A stretch of 64,000 nt of DNA from Gammaproteobacteria bacterium (lineage in GTDB: Bacteria; Pseudomonadota; Gammaproteobacteria; S012-40), in assembly GCA_029881255.1 (NCBI GenBank), contig JAOUMY010000005.1:66479-130478 (forward strand), given 5' to 3'. The translations under genes and the position numbers were made by a program. Positions 37,987-47,539 of this stretch are shown here, in pieces; position 1 is the first letter of the stretch; every line of letters begins with the position of its first letter. Below the pieces are notes generated by a model. That model had not been told where the DNA came from and ran no database searches. It saw only the letters and a list, made by a program, of their open reading frames with translations.

Positions 37987-39369
37987 TTGAACCAGACGCC
38001 CTTTTCCACACTTGCACTCAACCCCGCCCTGCTCGAGAACCTGAGCTCGCTCGGCTATACCGCCATGACACCCATCCAGGCGCAGAGTTTGCCGCATGTG
38101 CTGGCGGGCAAGGATGTGATTGCGCAGGCGAAGACAGGTTCTGGTAAGACCGCGGCATTTAGTCTGGGTTTGCTGGAAAAGCTGGATGTGCGAAACCTGC
38201 GTGTGCAGGGTTTGATTCTTTGCCCGACGCGGGAGCTGGCAGATCAGGTGGCGACCGAGGTGCGCAAACTGGGGCGCAGTATTCCGAACATCAAGGTGCT
38301 GACGCTGTGTGGCGGCACGCCCGTCGCGCCGCAGAAGGCCTCGCTGGAACATGGTGCGCATATCATCGTCGGCACACCTGGCCGGGTGGAGGATCACCTT
38401 AATCGCGGCTCGCTGAAACTCGATGGGCTCAACACCCTGGTACTGGATGAGGCGGATCGCATGCTCGATATGGGTTTTCAACCGGCGCTGGATGCAATTA
38501 TCGACGCCATACCCACGCAGCGTCAGACGCTATTGTTTAGTGCCACCTTTCCGCAGCAGATTCAATCCATCGCTAAGCGCGTGATGCGCGAGCCGGTATC
38601 GGTGCAGTTGGAAGAAACCCATGACAGCAGCAGTATTCAACAGCACTTCTTCAAACTCGATGACAATGTAGAACGTTTGACCGCCGTGCGTTTGCTGCTG
38701 CTCAAGCATCGGCCGGAATCCGCGGTGGTATTTTGTAATATGAAAAAGGACGCGCAGGAAATTGCAGATGAACTGGGCCGTTATGGCTTTACTGCCAAGG
38801 CCTTGCATGGTGATCTGGAACAACGTGAGCGTGATCAGACGCTGGTGCAGTTTGCCAACAAAAGTATTTCGATTCTGGTGGCGACCGATGTCGCGGCGCG
38901 CGGGCTGGATATCGATGCACTGGATGCGGTGATCAATTATCAACTGGCGCACGATGCGGAGGTACACGTGCACCGTGTCGGTCGCACCGGTCGCGCGGGT
39001 AACAAGGGCATTGCCTGTACTTTGTATTATGAAAAAGAGGCGCACAAATTGGCGCGGCTTGAGGAATATTTAGGCCGTTCGATCAAAGCCGAATCTCTGC
39101 CCTCTTTTAATGTGCTGGAAAAACCGGTCTATCGCGCAGCGATGGTGACACTACAAATCGATGGCGGTAAAAAACAGAAAGTCCGCGCCGGTGATATTCT
39201 GGGTGCACTGACCGGCGAAAACGGGATTGATGGAAAACAGGTGGGCAAGATTCAGTTATACGATAACTGGTCTTTTGTCGCAGTGCGACAGGAAGTCGCA
39301 AAGGCCGCGTTGCAGAAATTAACCCAGGGTAAATTGAAAGGCCGCTCGTTTCGAGTGCGGAAAATATAG
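37987..39369 (+). CDS. dbpA: ATP-dependent RNA helicase DbpA
   Basis: AKTGSGKT, PTRELA, DEAD, SAT, HRVGRTGR; C-terminal DbpA RNA-binding domain GGKKQKVRAGDILGALT. Confidence 0.96.
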   Translation: MNQTPFSTLALNPALLENLSSLGYTAMTPIQAQSLPHVLAGKDVIAQAKTGSGKTAAFSLGLLEKLDVRNLRVQGLILCPTRELADQVATEVRKLGRSIPNIKVLTLCGGTPVAPQKASLEHGAHIIVGTPGRVEDHLNRGSLKLDGLNTLVLDEADRMLDMGFQPALDAIIDAIPTQRQTLLFSATFPQQIQSIAKRVMREPVSVQLEETHDSSSIQQHFFKLDDNVERLTAVRLLLLKHRPESAVVFCNMKKDAQEIADELGRYGFTAKALHGDLEQRERDQTLVQFANKSISILVATDVAARGLDIDALDAVINYQLAHDAEVHVHRVGRTGRAGNKGIACTLYYEKEAHKLARLEEYLGRSIKAESLPSFNVLEKPVYRAAMVTLQIDGGKKQKVRAGDILGALTGENGIDGKQVGKIQLYDNWSFVAVRQEVAKAALQKLTQGKLKGRSFRVRKI

Positions 39370-39380
39370 CGAGTTACTGA

Positions 39381-39405
39381 GAAAGTTGTGACTGAGCCTA
39401 CTTTC
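39381..39405 (-). repeat. REP-like junction motif
   Basis: GAAAGTAGGCTCAGTCACAACTTTC (minus strand) between the dbpA and fic 3' ends. Confidence 0.65.
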
Positions 39406-39432
39406 CGGGTTCGGTGAGTAATCCACTGTCAA

Positions 39433-40614
39433 TTACGGCACAAGCAAACGAAGCTCTTTGTCTTTCGTCAATTCCAATATCTGATGGTCCACCAATCCAT
39501 TCAAATCCCTGGAACAGGTTTTTGAACTTAGTTTTTGGTACAAGGCTTGATACCAGGGCTTGGCCTGCAATGTTTTCAATGGAAGCGATAGACCGGTTTC
39601 CATGATGGTGGTCACAATGATGTATTGGCGCTGATTGATCTTTCTATCGTTTAGTAAATTGTTGAGCATGTTTTCATACAACACTAGCGCAATTATACGA
39701 TTCGCTCTATCGTGCAATTGATTGATGACTGTCAACATCCCTTTGAGAAAGAAGCGGATAAATGCCGTATTGGGATTGGTTTCGCCGCTTTCCTCGGATT
39801 TTCTCGCCCGATTGAACACCGTAAAATATTCATCAATGTTGTCCAGATAAAAACGCGATAAGGCAAAATGTGCGTATTTATAACCTGCGCATTTCAGTAT
39901 CAACATCTCGACGACGCGACCAACCCTCCCATTACCATCCCAGAAGGGGTGTATGCGCTCAAAATAATAATGTGCGAGCGGTGCGCGTATGAGTGGCGGG
40001 AGACGTCGAATTTCGTCGCTATTGATCCACTCGATAAAGCTTCTCATTAGCAAGATAATGTCATCCTTGCACTTTGGTGGCGTATAAACACCGCCATGTT
40101 CTGCATCGCCAACCTTGGTCAACTGGCCTTTTAGGTTATCGCGATATTGACCTGGAACATTGAACGGATGACTTAGTTGTTGCGTAATCAGCTCATGTAA
40201 ATCTGTAAACATGGCTTCCTGCAAAGACACCGCGATGCCTTGTGCTGGAGAGTTGTCGCGCTTTAGAGAATTAATACATTGCTGGCTGAACGTTTCGGCT
40301 TTTTCATAGGCATGCTTGATGTTGATAACGCGCTGCTCAGTTTCATCGCGGCTCTCGGGAAGTCGCTCTATAACCCTGGCCGTTTCTTCCTCGCTAAGGG
40401 TACCGCCTTCTATGGTATTGGTGCCGAACACGCTGGCCGCCACCACTTCTTTTTCCAGACGCGCGGCGACGTCAGGGATAATAGGAATACTCGAAAACCG
40501 GTGATGGGCGTCCTCTATCCGCAACAAATCGGCCTCGATACTGGCCATATCGACACCGACCATAAAACGGAAGAAGCCTGAGCGGTGGGTTTCTATGCGT
40601 TTTTCTTTAGGCAT
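39433..40614 (-). CDS. Fic-domain protein
   Basis: HPFWDGNGRVGR catalytic motif, TNTIEG inhibitory-helix-like motif, C-terminal wHTH-like region. Confidence 0.92.
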   Translation of the reverse strand: MPKEKRIETHRSGFFRFMVGVDMASIEADLLRIEDAHHRFSSIPIIPDVAARLEKEVVAASVFGTNTIEGGTLSEEETARVIERLPESRDETEQRVINIKHAYEKAETFSQQCINSLKRDNSPAQGIAVSLQEAMFTDLHELITQQLSHPFNVPGQYRDNLKGQLTKVGDAEHGGVYTPPKCKDDIILLMRSFIEWINSDEIRRLPPLIRAPLAHYYFERIHPFWDGNGRVGRVVEMLILKCAGYKYAHFALSRFYLDNIDEYFTVFNRARKSEESGETNPNTAFIRFFLKGMLTVINQLHDRANRIIALVLYENMLNNLLNDRKINQRQYIIVTTIMETGLSLPLKTLQAKPWYQALYQKLSSKTCSRDLNGLVDHQILELTKDKELRLLVP

Positions 40615-40865
40615 ATTTTGTCCAGCTAAATGTCCAGCACATTTTCATTTATAACTATGTATTTTCAATGAGTTACATTTTTATTACTGGATTTATGTCA
40701 ATATTTATGTCCAGATGAATGGGAGAAGTATAGTCCATAGACCTCGGCCCGTCATGTCGACTTTTACGGCTTTTTTCGACATATCTGCCGGATATGTCGA
40801 TGTGGGAAACATGTTCGCGGCCCTGCCAGCCTGCGATTTGTTAGGATGCAACTGGTCCCCTCAAA

Positions 40866-41108
40866 GTGAGCAACACCGCCATGCAAGAATTTTTCATCGG
40901 CCCCCTATCCCGTTACACCTATGGCTGGATCGCTTTGTTTGTGTTTGCCTGTTTTGGGGTTTACATGATTTATCGTGCCCGGCAGGGGAAGCGGCTCGAT
41001 AAGTTTATCGCTCTGGGTTTGTCTGCCAGGGTTCAGTTGTGGTGCGGGGTGTTTTGTTTGTTGCCGGTGGTTTTGTATAGCTTTGGGGTTTTGTTGATTG
41101 GAGGTTAA
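40866..41108 (+). CDS. Small two-TM membrane protein
   Basis: Two hydrophobic segments; start may be ATG 40881. Confidence 0.5.
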   Translation: MSNTAMQEFFIGPLSRYTYGWIALFVFACFGVYMIYRARQGKRLDKFIALGLSARVQLWCGVFCLLPVVLYSFGVLLIGG

Positions 41109-41205
41109 TACACAAGGCTTTGGCCTTTTGCACTAACTCGCTAGTTACTTAGAGATTGACGGACTTTTTTGGGGCAGGCGAATCGCACAGGGCATGTTCG
41201 GTCAT
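41101..41205 (-). pseudogene. ccdA 5' remnant
   Basis: MTEHALCDSPAPKKSVNL*VTSELVQKAKALCINL versus intact CcdA at 43520, constant offset 2315 bp. Upstream DNA is also similar. Confidence 0.85.
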
Positions 41206-41286
41206 AGAAGGCTCCGAGTGTGGCATAGGTGCAGCACCTGCGCATCAAGCATGAAGAATCCGTGTGCGGACAGATGCCAGTTTTCC

Positions 41287-41544
41287 GTGTTGGAAAAACC
41301 GGTCTATCGCGCGGCGATGGTGACACTACAAATCGATGGCGGCAAAAAACAAAAAGTCCGCGCCGGTGATATTCTCGGTGCACTTACCGGTGAAAACGGG
41401 ATCGATGGTAAACAGGTGGGCAAGATTCAGTTATACGACAACTGGTCTTTTGTCGCCGTGCGACAGGAAGTCGCGAAGGCCGCGTTGCAGAAATTAACCC
41501 AGGGTAAATTGAAAGGCCGTTCGTTTCGGGTGCGGCGGGTATAG
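41287..41544 (+). repeat. Duplicated 3' end of dbpA (RNA-binding domain)
   Basis: 258-bp direct repeat of 39112-39369; protein identical except the last two residues, several synonymous changes. Confidence 0.95.
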
Positions 41545-41777
41545 AACGTGGCGGAGTGGTTCCATCGGGCCCGAATAAAACATCCAAATTACCAATAATA
41601 TATCTTAATTTTTATACGATTAAGCAGCACACTGTTAGCCACTTCTATTAGACTTCCCTATCCATTGCAGGCATGATCCGCCACCTAAAATAACGAAAAT
41701 GAAGGGTATTAGCTGTGTCTCAATTTTTGTCGAGTTCGTCAACCGTGTTCGCTTCCTGGCAAAGTACTAGGTAGATT

Positions 41778-42827
41778 ATGTATAAAAATACTTTTGTTTT
41801 TCTAATTACCGTACTCATTTTTTTGTTGTCTACGGCGTGTGCTCACAAAAAAACACAAATCGTATTGAAGAACACGCCGACTGAGGAAAGTGAGTTTCAT
41901 TTAGCGCCTGAGGAACTGTTGGGGAAATATCCGGATGTAGAGGGATTACATCCTGAGAACTATCTAAAATATCAAATCGCGCTTTCTGGAACTTCCTCGC
42001 CCGACTTAAATGAGCGGGCAGATAAGTCAACACTAGTCAATGCACTAGGCGAACCCGATAGGATTGAACTTCATAAGCGCTCAATCGTGGACTTTCTTTC
42101 GTCTCCTCCTATGTTTGGCCTTTTGTTTTTAAGTCCCTTGCTGATTGAGCCAATTGTCACCGGGGGTGTTCTCGCAGGTCTTGGCATACAGTATTTTGTA
42201 CAGCCACGTGAAGAGGATCTTTACTGGACCAAAGGCGACTATCTCATAGAAGCGCACACCATATCGGGAAGATACAGAAAAGAAGCTAAATGGGAGTGGT
42301 TCTACAAAATAAATGATAGTGAAAATCTTTCGTCACCGATTGTTTCAAGATCCAACAGCGCTAGCTACGGAGGCTTGTCGCTGAGTAATTTTTCGAGATT
42401 TGGCGATCAACTTTATAATCGAAAAACATATATCTCCATACTGTATGGTAAATCTTTCCAAGCTCCCTACCTATTCGACAACATCAATCTCGATGCCGCA
42501 GCCAGTATACAATCCACTACAAAAGAAAAATATTATCTGCTGGACATAACTAACCAGGCGATTTTTCTCAGCGGCTCGTACAACATCAATAACAATAAAC
42601 AAGAACTAGGCATTGGCATAACCTACGAAACATCGCTCCCGGATGTTTTCATCGACGGATATCTAGGCCGAGTTGGCGCTTACGCTGAATTCAACTTGCG
42701 CAAACAACGCGAAACACAAACCGTCATACGCATCGGCGCAGTCAGAAGTATTGACCCGTTTGAAAACAAGGCCAGCTATTTTCGCATATCCTGGATACAA
42801 AAATTCCAGAATCGTAGGCTGCACTAG
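41778..42827 (+). CDS. Hypothetical lipoprotein, paralogue of 56748-57803
   Basis: LSTAC lipobox; shared motifs PEEL..YPD.E, GEPD.I, W.KG.Y.I, WEWF. Confidence 0.7.
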   Translation: MYKNTFVFLITVLIFLLSTACAHKKTQIVLKNTPTEESEFHLAPEELLGKYPDVEGLHPENYLKYQIALSGTSSPDLNERADKSTLVNALGEPDRIELHKRSIVDFLSSPPMFGLLFLSPLLIEPIVTGGVLAGLGIQYFVQPREEDLYWTKGDYLIEAHTISGRYRKEAKWEWFYKINDSENLSSPIVSRSNSASYGGLSLSNFSRFGDQLYNRKTYISILYGKSFQAPYLFDNINLDAAASIQSTTKEKYYLLDITNQAIFLSGSYNINNNKQELGIGITYETSLPDVFIDGYLGRVGAYAEFNLRKQRETQTVIRIGAVRSIDPFENKASYFRISWIQKFQNRRLH

Positions 42828-42917
42828 GGAGTACAAACACTAAAAGGCGGTTCTAACGCTGCGCGACATGATGTATTTCGAGGATCGCGATGTGAATACT
42901 ATGCAGGGTCAGATTGA

Positions 42918-42940
42918 GAAAGTAGGTTCAGTTACCAGCT
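42918..42940 (+). repeat. REP-like junction motif
   Basis: GAAAGTAGGTTCAGTTACCAGCT next to the ccdB 3' end. Confidence 0.65.
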
Positions 42941-42954
42941 AACGATAGAATCTG

Positions 42955-43269
42955 CTAAAACCCCACAACCAGAAAATCCACCGCATCCACAATCTCCCCC
43001 CGCTGTTGCTGTAAGGAGCCAACATACTCACCCAAATCCGTTGTCGAAATACCGGCCATTTCCGCCGTCGACATAAATACCTTTTTGCCTTCGATTTCAA
43101 AACGCGGGTTGAGACGGCCGATGGGTTTGCTATTCGCACTTTCTTTGATCAACGGAACAACGAGGCGTGTGTTCAGCGTTTCGAATAAGTCATTTTGCAC
43201 GTCGAGTAAGTAAGGAACGGTTTGTCGCGTCGCGGGATTGGGGTTGCGATAGACGCCGAACTGGGCCAC
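42955..43269 (-). CDS. ccdB: CcdB-family gyrase toxin
   Basis: MAQFGVYRNP, YLLDVQND...TRLVVPL, AVDFLVVGF. Confidence 0.92.
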   Translation of the reverse strand: MAQFGVYRNPNPATRQTVPYLLDVQNDLFETLNTRLVVPLIKESANSKPIGRLNPRFEIEGKKVFMSTAEMAGISTTDLGEYVGSLQQQRGEIVDAVDFLVVGF

Positions 43270-43520
43270 TAGAACTTCCTCTTGCCGTCACTAAACACAC
43301 CTTGGTCCGCTGTTCGTTTGTTGTAATCGTCGATGGCGTCGGCATTTTCTGCGATCCAGTTTTGCCGTTCCTTTTCACGTATGGCCTGGACCAGGGCGAC
43401 TTCGAGCAGGGCAGAGAGGTTAATGCCCAGACCTTTTGCCTTTTGCACTAACTCGCTGTTTACACTGAGATTGACGGATTTTTTTGGGGCAGGCGTATAA
43501 CCCAGGGCATGTTCGGTCAT
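43269..43520 (-). CDS. ccdA: CcdA-family antitoxin
   Basis: KKSVNLSV...AKGLGINLS...W.AEN.DAI..YN...G.FSD. Confidence 0.92.
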   Translation of the reverse strand: MTEHALGYTPAPKKSVNLSVNSELVQKAKGLGINLSALLEVALVQAIREKERQNWIAENADAIDDYNKRTADQGVFSDGKRKF

Positions 43521-43690
43521 AGGTGGTTCCGTATTTGGTATAGGGGAAGTATATGCGCACTATTTATGCGCATCAAGCACGAAAAACCCATCTGCGGACA
43601 GATTCCCATTTCCCATTTAACCCTATCGCCAAAGCCGGGTTTGTGCCGCATAATAGCCGCCCTTTTGCCCACGCCCGCGAGCACGCCCGT

Positions 43691-43951
43691 ATGCCTGACA
43701 ACAAGATTTATCTGAGCAATCTGAATAAGCTTGCGACGGAAGCCGATTTGAAACGGCATTTTTCCACCTATGGCGCAGTCACCGAGGTGCATTTGCCGCG
43801 TGAGAAGAAGACCAAGGAGGCCAAGGGTTACGCCTTTGTCACCTTTGCCTACGAGGATTCGGCGCGACGGGCGCTGGAGCAGGACGGCAAGCCTTATATG
43901 GATCAAACGATCACGGTCCAAATCGCCATTGAAAAAAACCCCAGGAAGTAG
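43691..43951 (+). CDS. RRM RNA-binding protein
   Basis: IYLSNL and KGYAFVTF motifs; ATG 43691. Confidence 0.88.
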   Translation: MPDNKIYLSNLNKLATEADLKRHFSTYGAVTEVHLPREKKTKEAKGYAFVTFAYEDSARRALEQDGKPYMDQTITVQIAIEKNPRK

Positions 43952-43957
43952 ACCCCC

Positions 43958-44179
43958 ATGACGAATAACGAAATTATGAAAAAACTGCGCATCGCCCTCG
44001 ACCTCAAAGAGATCGATTTGTACGAGATCTTCGAGCTATCGGGTTATGAGATCAGCAAGTCGGAGTTATCGGGGATTTTTCGCTCGGAAGGTCACAAGAA
44101 TTACAAAGCCTGTAGCGACCTGGTGCTGAATCATTTTTTGAATGGCTACATTATTTATAAGCGTGGTGAAAAAGAATAA
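43958..44179 (+). CDS. YehS/DUF1456 family protein
   Basis: MTNNEIMKKLRIAL...C.D..L..FLNG.I..KRG. Confidence 0.85.
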   Translation: MTNNEIMKKLRIALDLKEIDLYEIFELSGYEISKSELSGIFRSEGHKNYKACSDLVLNHFLNGYIIYKRGEKE

Positions 44180-44207
44180 ATTTGGATCGGGCGCGATGTA
44201 TTCTCGC

Positions 44208-46481
44208 CTAACGAAACCGATCCGTAATCGCCGATACGTGTGTTTTTCCGTAGCCAGTTTTGCCAATTACCTTTAACAAGTAAACACCGGGCTCTGGCAA
44301 ATCGACTTCTTTTTCCACCGCATTACGTCCCAAATCCTTCCAGTGTCCGATCGACTTTCCAGCAAGCGTTAGCAACTCGATTTCATAAACGGCGCCAGCT
44401 TCATTGGGTTCAAAAATAAGCTTGATCAGCTTGTCGAATCGACTACTCAGTCGATACACGGCCTCGGCTCCTTCCGCTATCATGCCGGTGAAAACGCCTT
44501 GATTAACTTTGACAATATTCTCGGTGCTTTTTAAGTTCTGGTCTGTGGCTAGTTCCGAAACAAAAAATGCAAATTCACCGTAGGACTTGGTGCCTTCAAG
44601 TTCCAGGCGGTAGTCACCCGTGTAGTTTGGGGTAAACACAAATTCCTGGGTTTGTTTACCGGCGTCTTTCATTGTCTTTACTTTCTTCCCTCTGGGATCA
44701 CGTAGGTCAAACCGATAACGCAGATCAGATTGCCGCGCTTCCAGTCGGATGATGACTGGCGAGTTGCGCTTGAATCGCGCCTTGTACTTGCGTACCTGAT
44801 TGTCGACGAGTTCGCCCTCATGAAATTCGTCAAACACCACTTTGTTATTGTGTTCTTCCTGGCCCTGCTCAGAAAAATTGCTGACCTCAAGTGTGTAGTC
44901 ACTTACGTCTTTTGCGCCGGTAATACGTATGTAGAAATTAGCGCTATGCTCGACGGCGTGTGAAAACTCATGAAAATTATTGGCTACTTTCGTCCAGGAT
45001 TTGATTGGTTTGAAACGTGTGTCCAAAAACTCGATGTCGTATTGCGCGGCGGCTTTGTCTTTATCCAGAGAAAACACTACAGACGCGCCTTTATCCAGCC
45101 TGACTTTGTACTCCGCAACCCCGCCCTCGGCCATAATACTGCTCTGTTGCTCACCGAACTTCAGGGTTTGTTTGCGCAGCTCCTTATCTGAAATAATCTG
45201 CTGCATCGCCAGCCCTGCTCGTCCATATCCTTTCTCACCGATAAAGCGCAGCACGTATTGATTATTCCTGGGTGGTGTAAACACCAATTCATTGTGATTG
45301 GTTCCCAGTCCCTTCCACTGCTTTATTAGCTTGCGACTTCTATCGACTAGCTGCAACTCATAGCTCATGCCATTACTGGTTTTTTCAGACACCAACAAAA
45401 TCGGCGTATTTTTACTCCCGCGGTAACGGTATTCGCTCTCTGCACCGGCGGCGATCATCGGTTCGATGCGCTCACCGTCCTGGATACGGTTGCTCGAGCT
45501 TCGCAGTTCTGAATCTTTGGCCAATTGGGTGACAATCAGATCGTAGTCGCCTTGATTGCGCGTACCGATGACCTTAAGTTCGTAGCGATCTGAGTCTTCC
45601 GGCGTAAACAGCATTTCTTTATAAGTTGCCCCAAGATTTTTTTCCTGTCGTAGCATCTTGTTTTTTGAGGACCATATCTGTAGATCAAAACGAGTGCCTT
45701 TTTCCATTTTCGGAGTAGCCAGTAATACCGGCGAATTCTTTTTAAGTTTTAGTGCATACCCGTCCGTTTCGTTCAATTTGATGTCGCCTTTAAAATGCGC
45801 AAGCACGTCACCCGACATGGCCGACGTGTCGCCTTGAACGTATTTTGTAAATTTGATGACGTTGTCTGTCTCATACGAATCACCTTCGAAAAACAGACTG
45901 ACAATTTTGTCGATAGATGATTGTTTAATAACATTACCGAAACCCTCCTCCTCACTAAGAAGCATTCCAACAACATATTCCCCTATGTATAAGGTACCTC
46001 CACTGTAACCTTGTGAAATAGTATCGGATGGATTCATTGCTTCTATCAGGAGGTGATCTTGCAAGTTTTCGCGTATAAAGACACGTATTGATATCAAACC
46101 TCCGCTGTCATTACGTACTTTTAGCACTCCCTCCTGATTTTCATCCAGAATCTTGGCAATGCCCGTGCCTTTATTCCAAACGCTATTCTTACAGGCGTCA
46201 TAGCTTTCTACAATCAGTACTGCAGTATCGAATTGATCACCGAACTCTTGTATGAGCTTCGCACCGAATGTTTTTCGACCGCCTGTTACAAGCTTAATCG
46301 GACCGCCCTTCTCCACCACATGTTGTGCTGTGACAAAAAAACACTCGTGTCCCCTGGTTCTAAAAGTTCCCTGACCAAACTCGCCGTCAGCAATAACCCG
46401 GGCATCCGATGCCATCGCGTCAAAATTAAACATTGATAAAGTCATCACGACGAATACTGGCGATAGGAAATATTTTTTCAC
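44208..46481 (-). CDS. Exported trypsin-like serine protease with five PPC-like beta-sandwich repeats
   Basis: GTG 46481 overlaps the upstream stop; signal peptide, TAQH / DTAVL / GYSGG triad, five ~100-aa repeats. Confidence 0.75.
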   Translation of the reverse strand: MKKYFLSPVFVVMTLSMFNFDAMASDARVIADGEFGQGTFRTRGHECFFVTAQHVVEKGGPIKLVTGGRKTFGAKLIQEFGDQFDTAVLIVESYDACKNSVWNKGTGIAKILDENQEGVLKVRNDSGGLISIRVFIRENLQDHLLIEAMNPSDTISQGYSGGTLYIGEYVVGMLLSEEEGFGNVIKQSSIDKIVSLFFEGDSYETDNVIKFTKYVQGDTSAMSGDVLAHFKGDIKLNETDGYALKLKKNSPVLLATPKMEKGTRFDLQIWSSKNKMLRQEKNLGATYKEMLFTPEDSDRYELKVIGTRNQGDYDLIVTQLAKDSELRSSSNRIQDGERIEPMIAAGAESEYRYRGSKNTPILLVSEKTSNGMSYELQLVDRSRKLIKQWKGLGTNHNELVFTPPRNNQYVLRFIGEKGYGRAGLAMQQIISDKELRKQTLKFGEQQSSIMAEGGVAEYKVRLDKGASVVFSLDKDKAAAQYDIEFLDTRFKPIKSWTKVANNFHEFSHAVEHSANFYIRITGAKDVSDYTLEVSNFSEQGQEEHNNKVVFDEFHEGELVDNQVRKYKARFKRNSPVIIRLEARQSDLRYRFDLRDPRGKKVKTMKDAGKQTQEFVFTPNYTGDYRLELEGTKSYGEFAFFVSELATDQNLKSTENIVKVNQGVFTGMIAEGAEAVYRLSSRFDKLIKLIFEPNEAGAVYEIELLTLAGKSIGHWKDLGRNAVEKEVDLPEPGVYLLKVIGKTGYGKTHVSAITDRFR

Positions 46482-47539
46482 TTTAGTGATATCCTCAATA
46501 GAATTCTTATGAGCCCGTAAACAATTAGTGCAATCGCCCACAGATAGGCCTGACCTGATTCGCTAAACAGTCTTTTCATAATCCCGTTGCTGATTTCAAA
46601 CGGTTCAGACTTGTAGTGTTGAACAATGACACTTTCGCCGGTTTCTCTATAGACCACACGCATCGCCTCATCGGCATTAATCGTCACAAAGCCCTGACCT
46701 AAGGAATCAAAGTCACTAAAACTCATTTCGGTATTCTTTTGTACTTTGACAAAAGCGCCGACCGGCAAGGGATAAGGACCAATACTATAGTATTCGTTAA
46801 AACCGAGTTTTTTCTCGCTAAAGCTGACTTCTCCGCCCTTAAACAACGGCTGTTGCGCAATGATAGAATCGCCCAACTCTTCACCCAAAACGACTTTCCC
46901 ACTCAATCTGAAAAGACTAGTTTGCCCTTTATTGGCTCGCTTTTGAAAGTCTTTCAGTTTGATATAGGTGCAGGCTGGCAGTGTTTTGATCAGTGTCTCC
47001 GAGTTATCGTAGAGATTGCCAACCGATTTGCCGTCTTCAAATTCAAGCGAGATATTCAAATCGCCATAGGAAATCCGTTTAAAGACTGCCGCCACACCTG
47101 GTGTTAGTTCTAATACGCCATTAAAGTTCGTGAATTCGTCTTCAGCATCACAACCATAAACAATATTCGCGTTTTCCAACACCCAAGGGGCGTGATTAGT
47201 ATTCGGGTAGGTCTGCAACACCAACAACTCAGTTTCCGCATTAATATTGAATGTGGTGTTATAGGACTTTAAAAACGACAAGTAGAAAACAGCACCAAAA
47301 AGTACGACTAATAATAAGAAAAGAAGTAGTATCAGTAGTGCATGTAATCGTAGCGTGCTCCACCTGTCTCGCCATCTTATGTCGATTTCTTCCGGAGATA
47401 AATCCAACCCGTCATTGACTAGAAAGACCGGCAAAATACGCCTTATACAAGAGACTACCCACGACTCCTTTGCCTCGTTATCTGGCGCCAATTTTAAGAT
47501 CCCCATTGCGCAAAATCTCACCCATGCGCTTGGTGACAA
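46478..47539 (-). CDS. Hypothetical membrane protein (two TM helices around a beta-rich domain)
   Basis: Long ORF with N- and C-terminal TM segments; start uncertain. Confidence 0.65.
   Translation of the reverse strand: MSPSAWVRFCAMGILKLAPDNEAKESWVVSCIRRILPVFLVNDGLDLSPEEIDIRWRDRWSTLRLHALLILLLFLLLVVLFGAVFYLSFLKSYNTTFNINAETELLVLQTYPNTNHAPWVLENANIVYGCDAEDEFTNFNGVLELTPGVAAVFKRISYGDLNISLEFEDGKSVGNLYDNSETLIKTLPACTYIKLKDFQKRANKGQTSLFRLSGKVVLGEELGDSIIAQQPLFKGGEVSFSEKKLGFNEYYSIGPYPLPVGAFVKVQKNTEMSFSDFDSLGQGFVTINADEAMRVVYRETGESVIVQHYKSEPFEISNGIMKRLFSESGQAYLWAIALIVYGLIRILLRISLK

Noticed and set aside
26157..43000. Integron (attC) or CRISPR reading of the repeated intergenic motifs
   Set aside because: No regular repeat-spacer periodicity, no consistent RYYYAAC...GTTRRRY ends, mixed gene orientations, and no intI or cas genes in the window.
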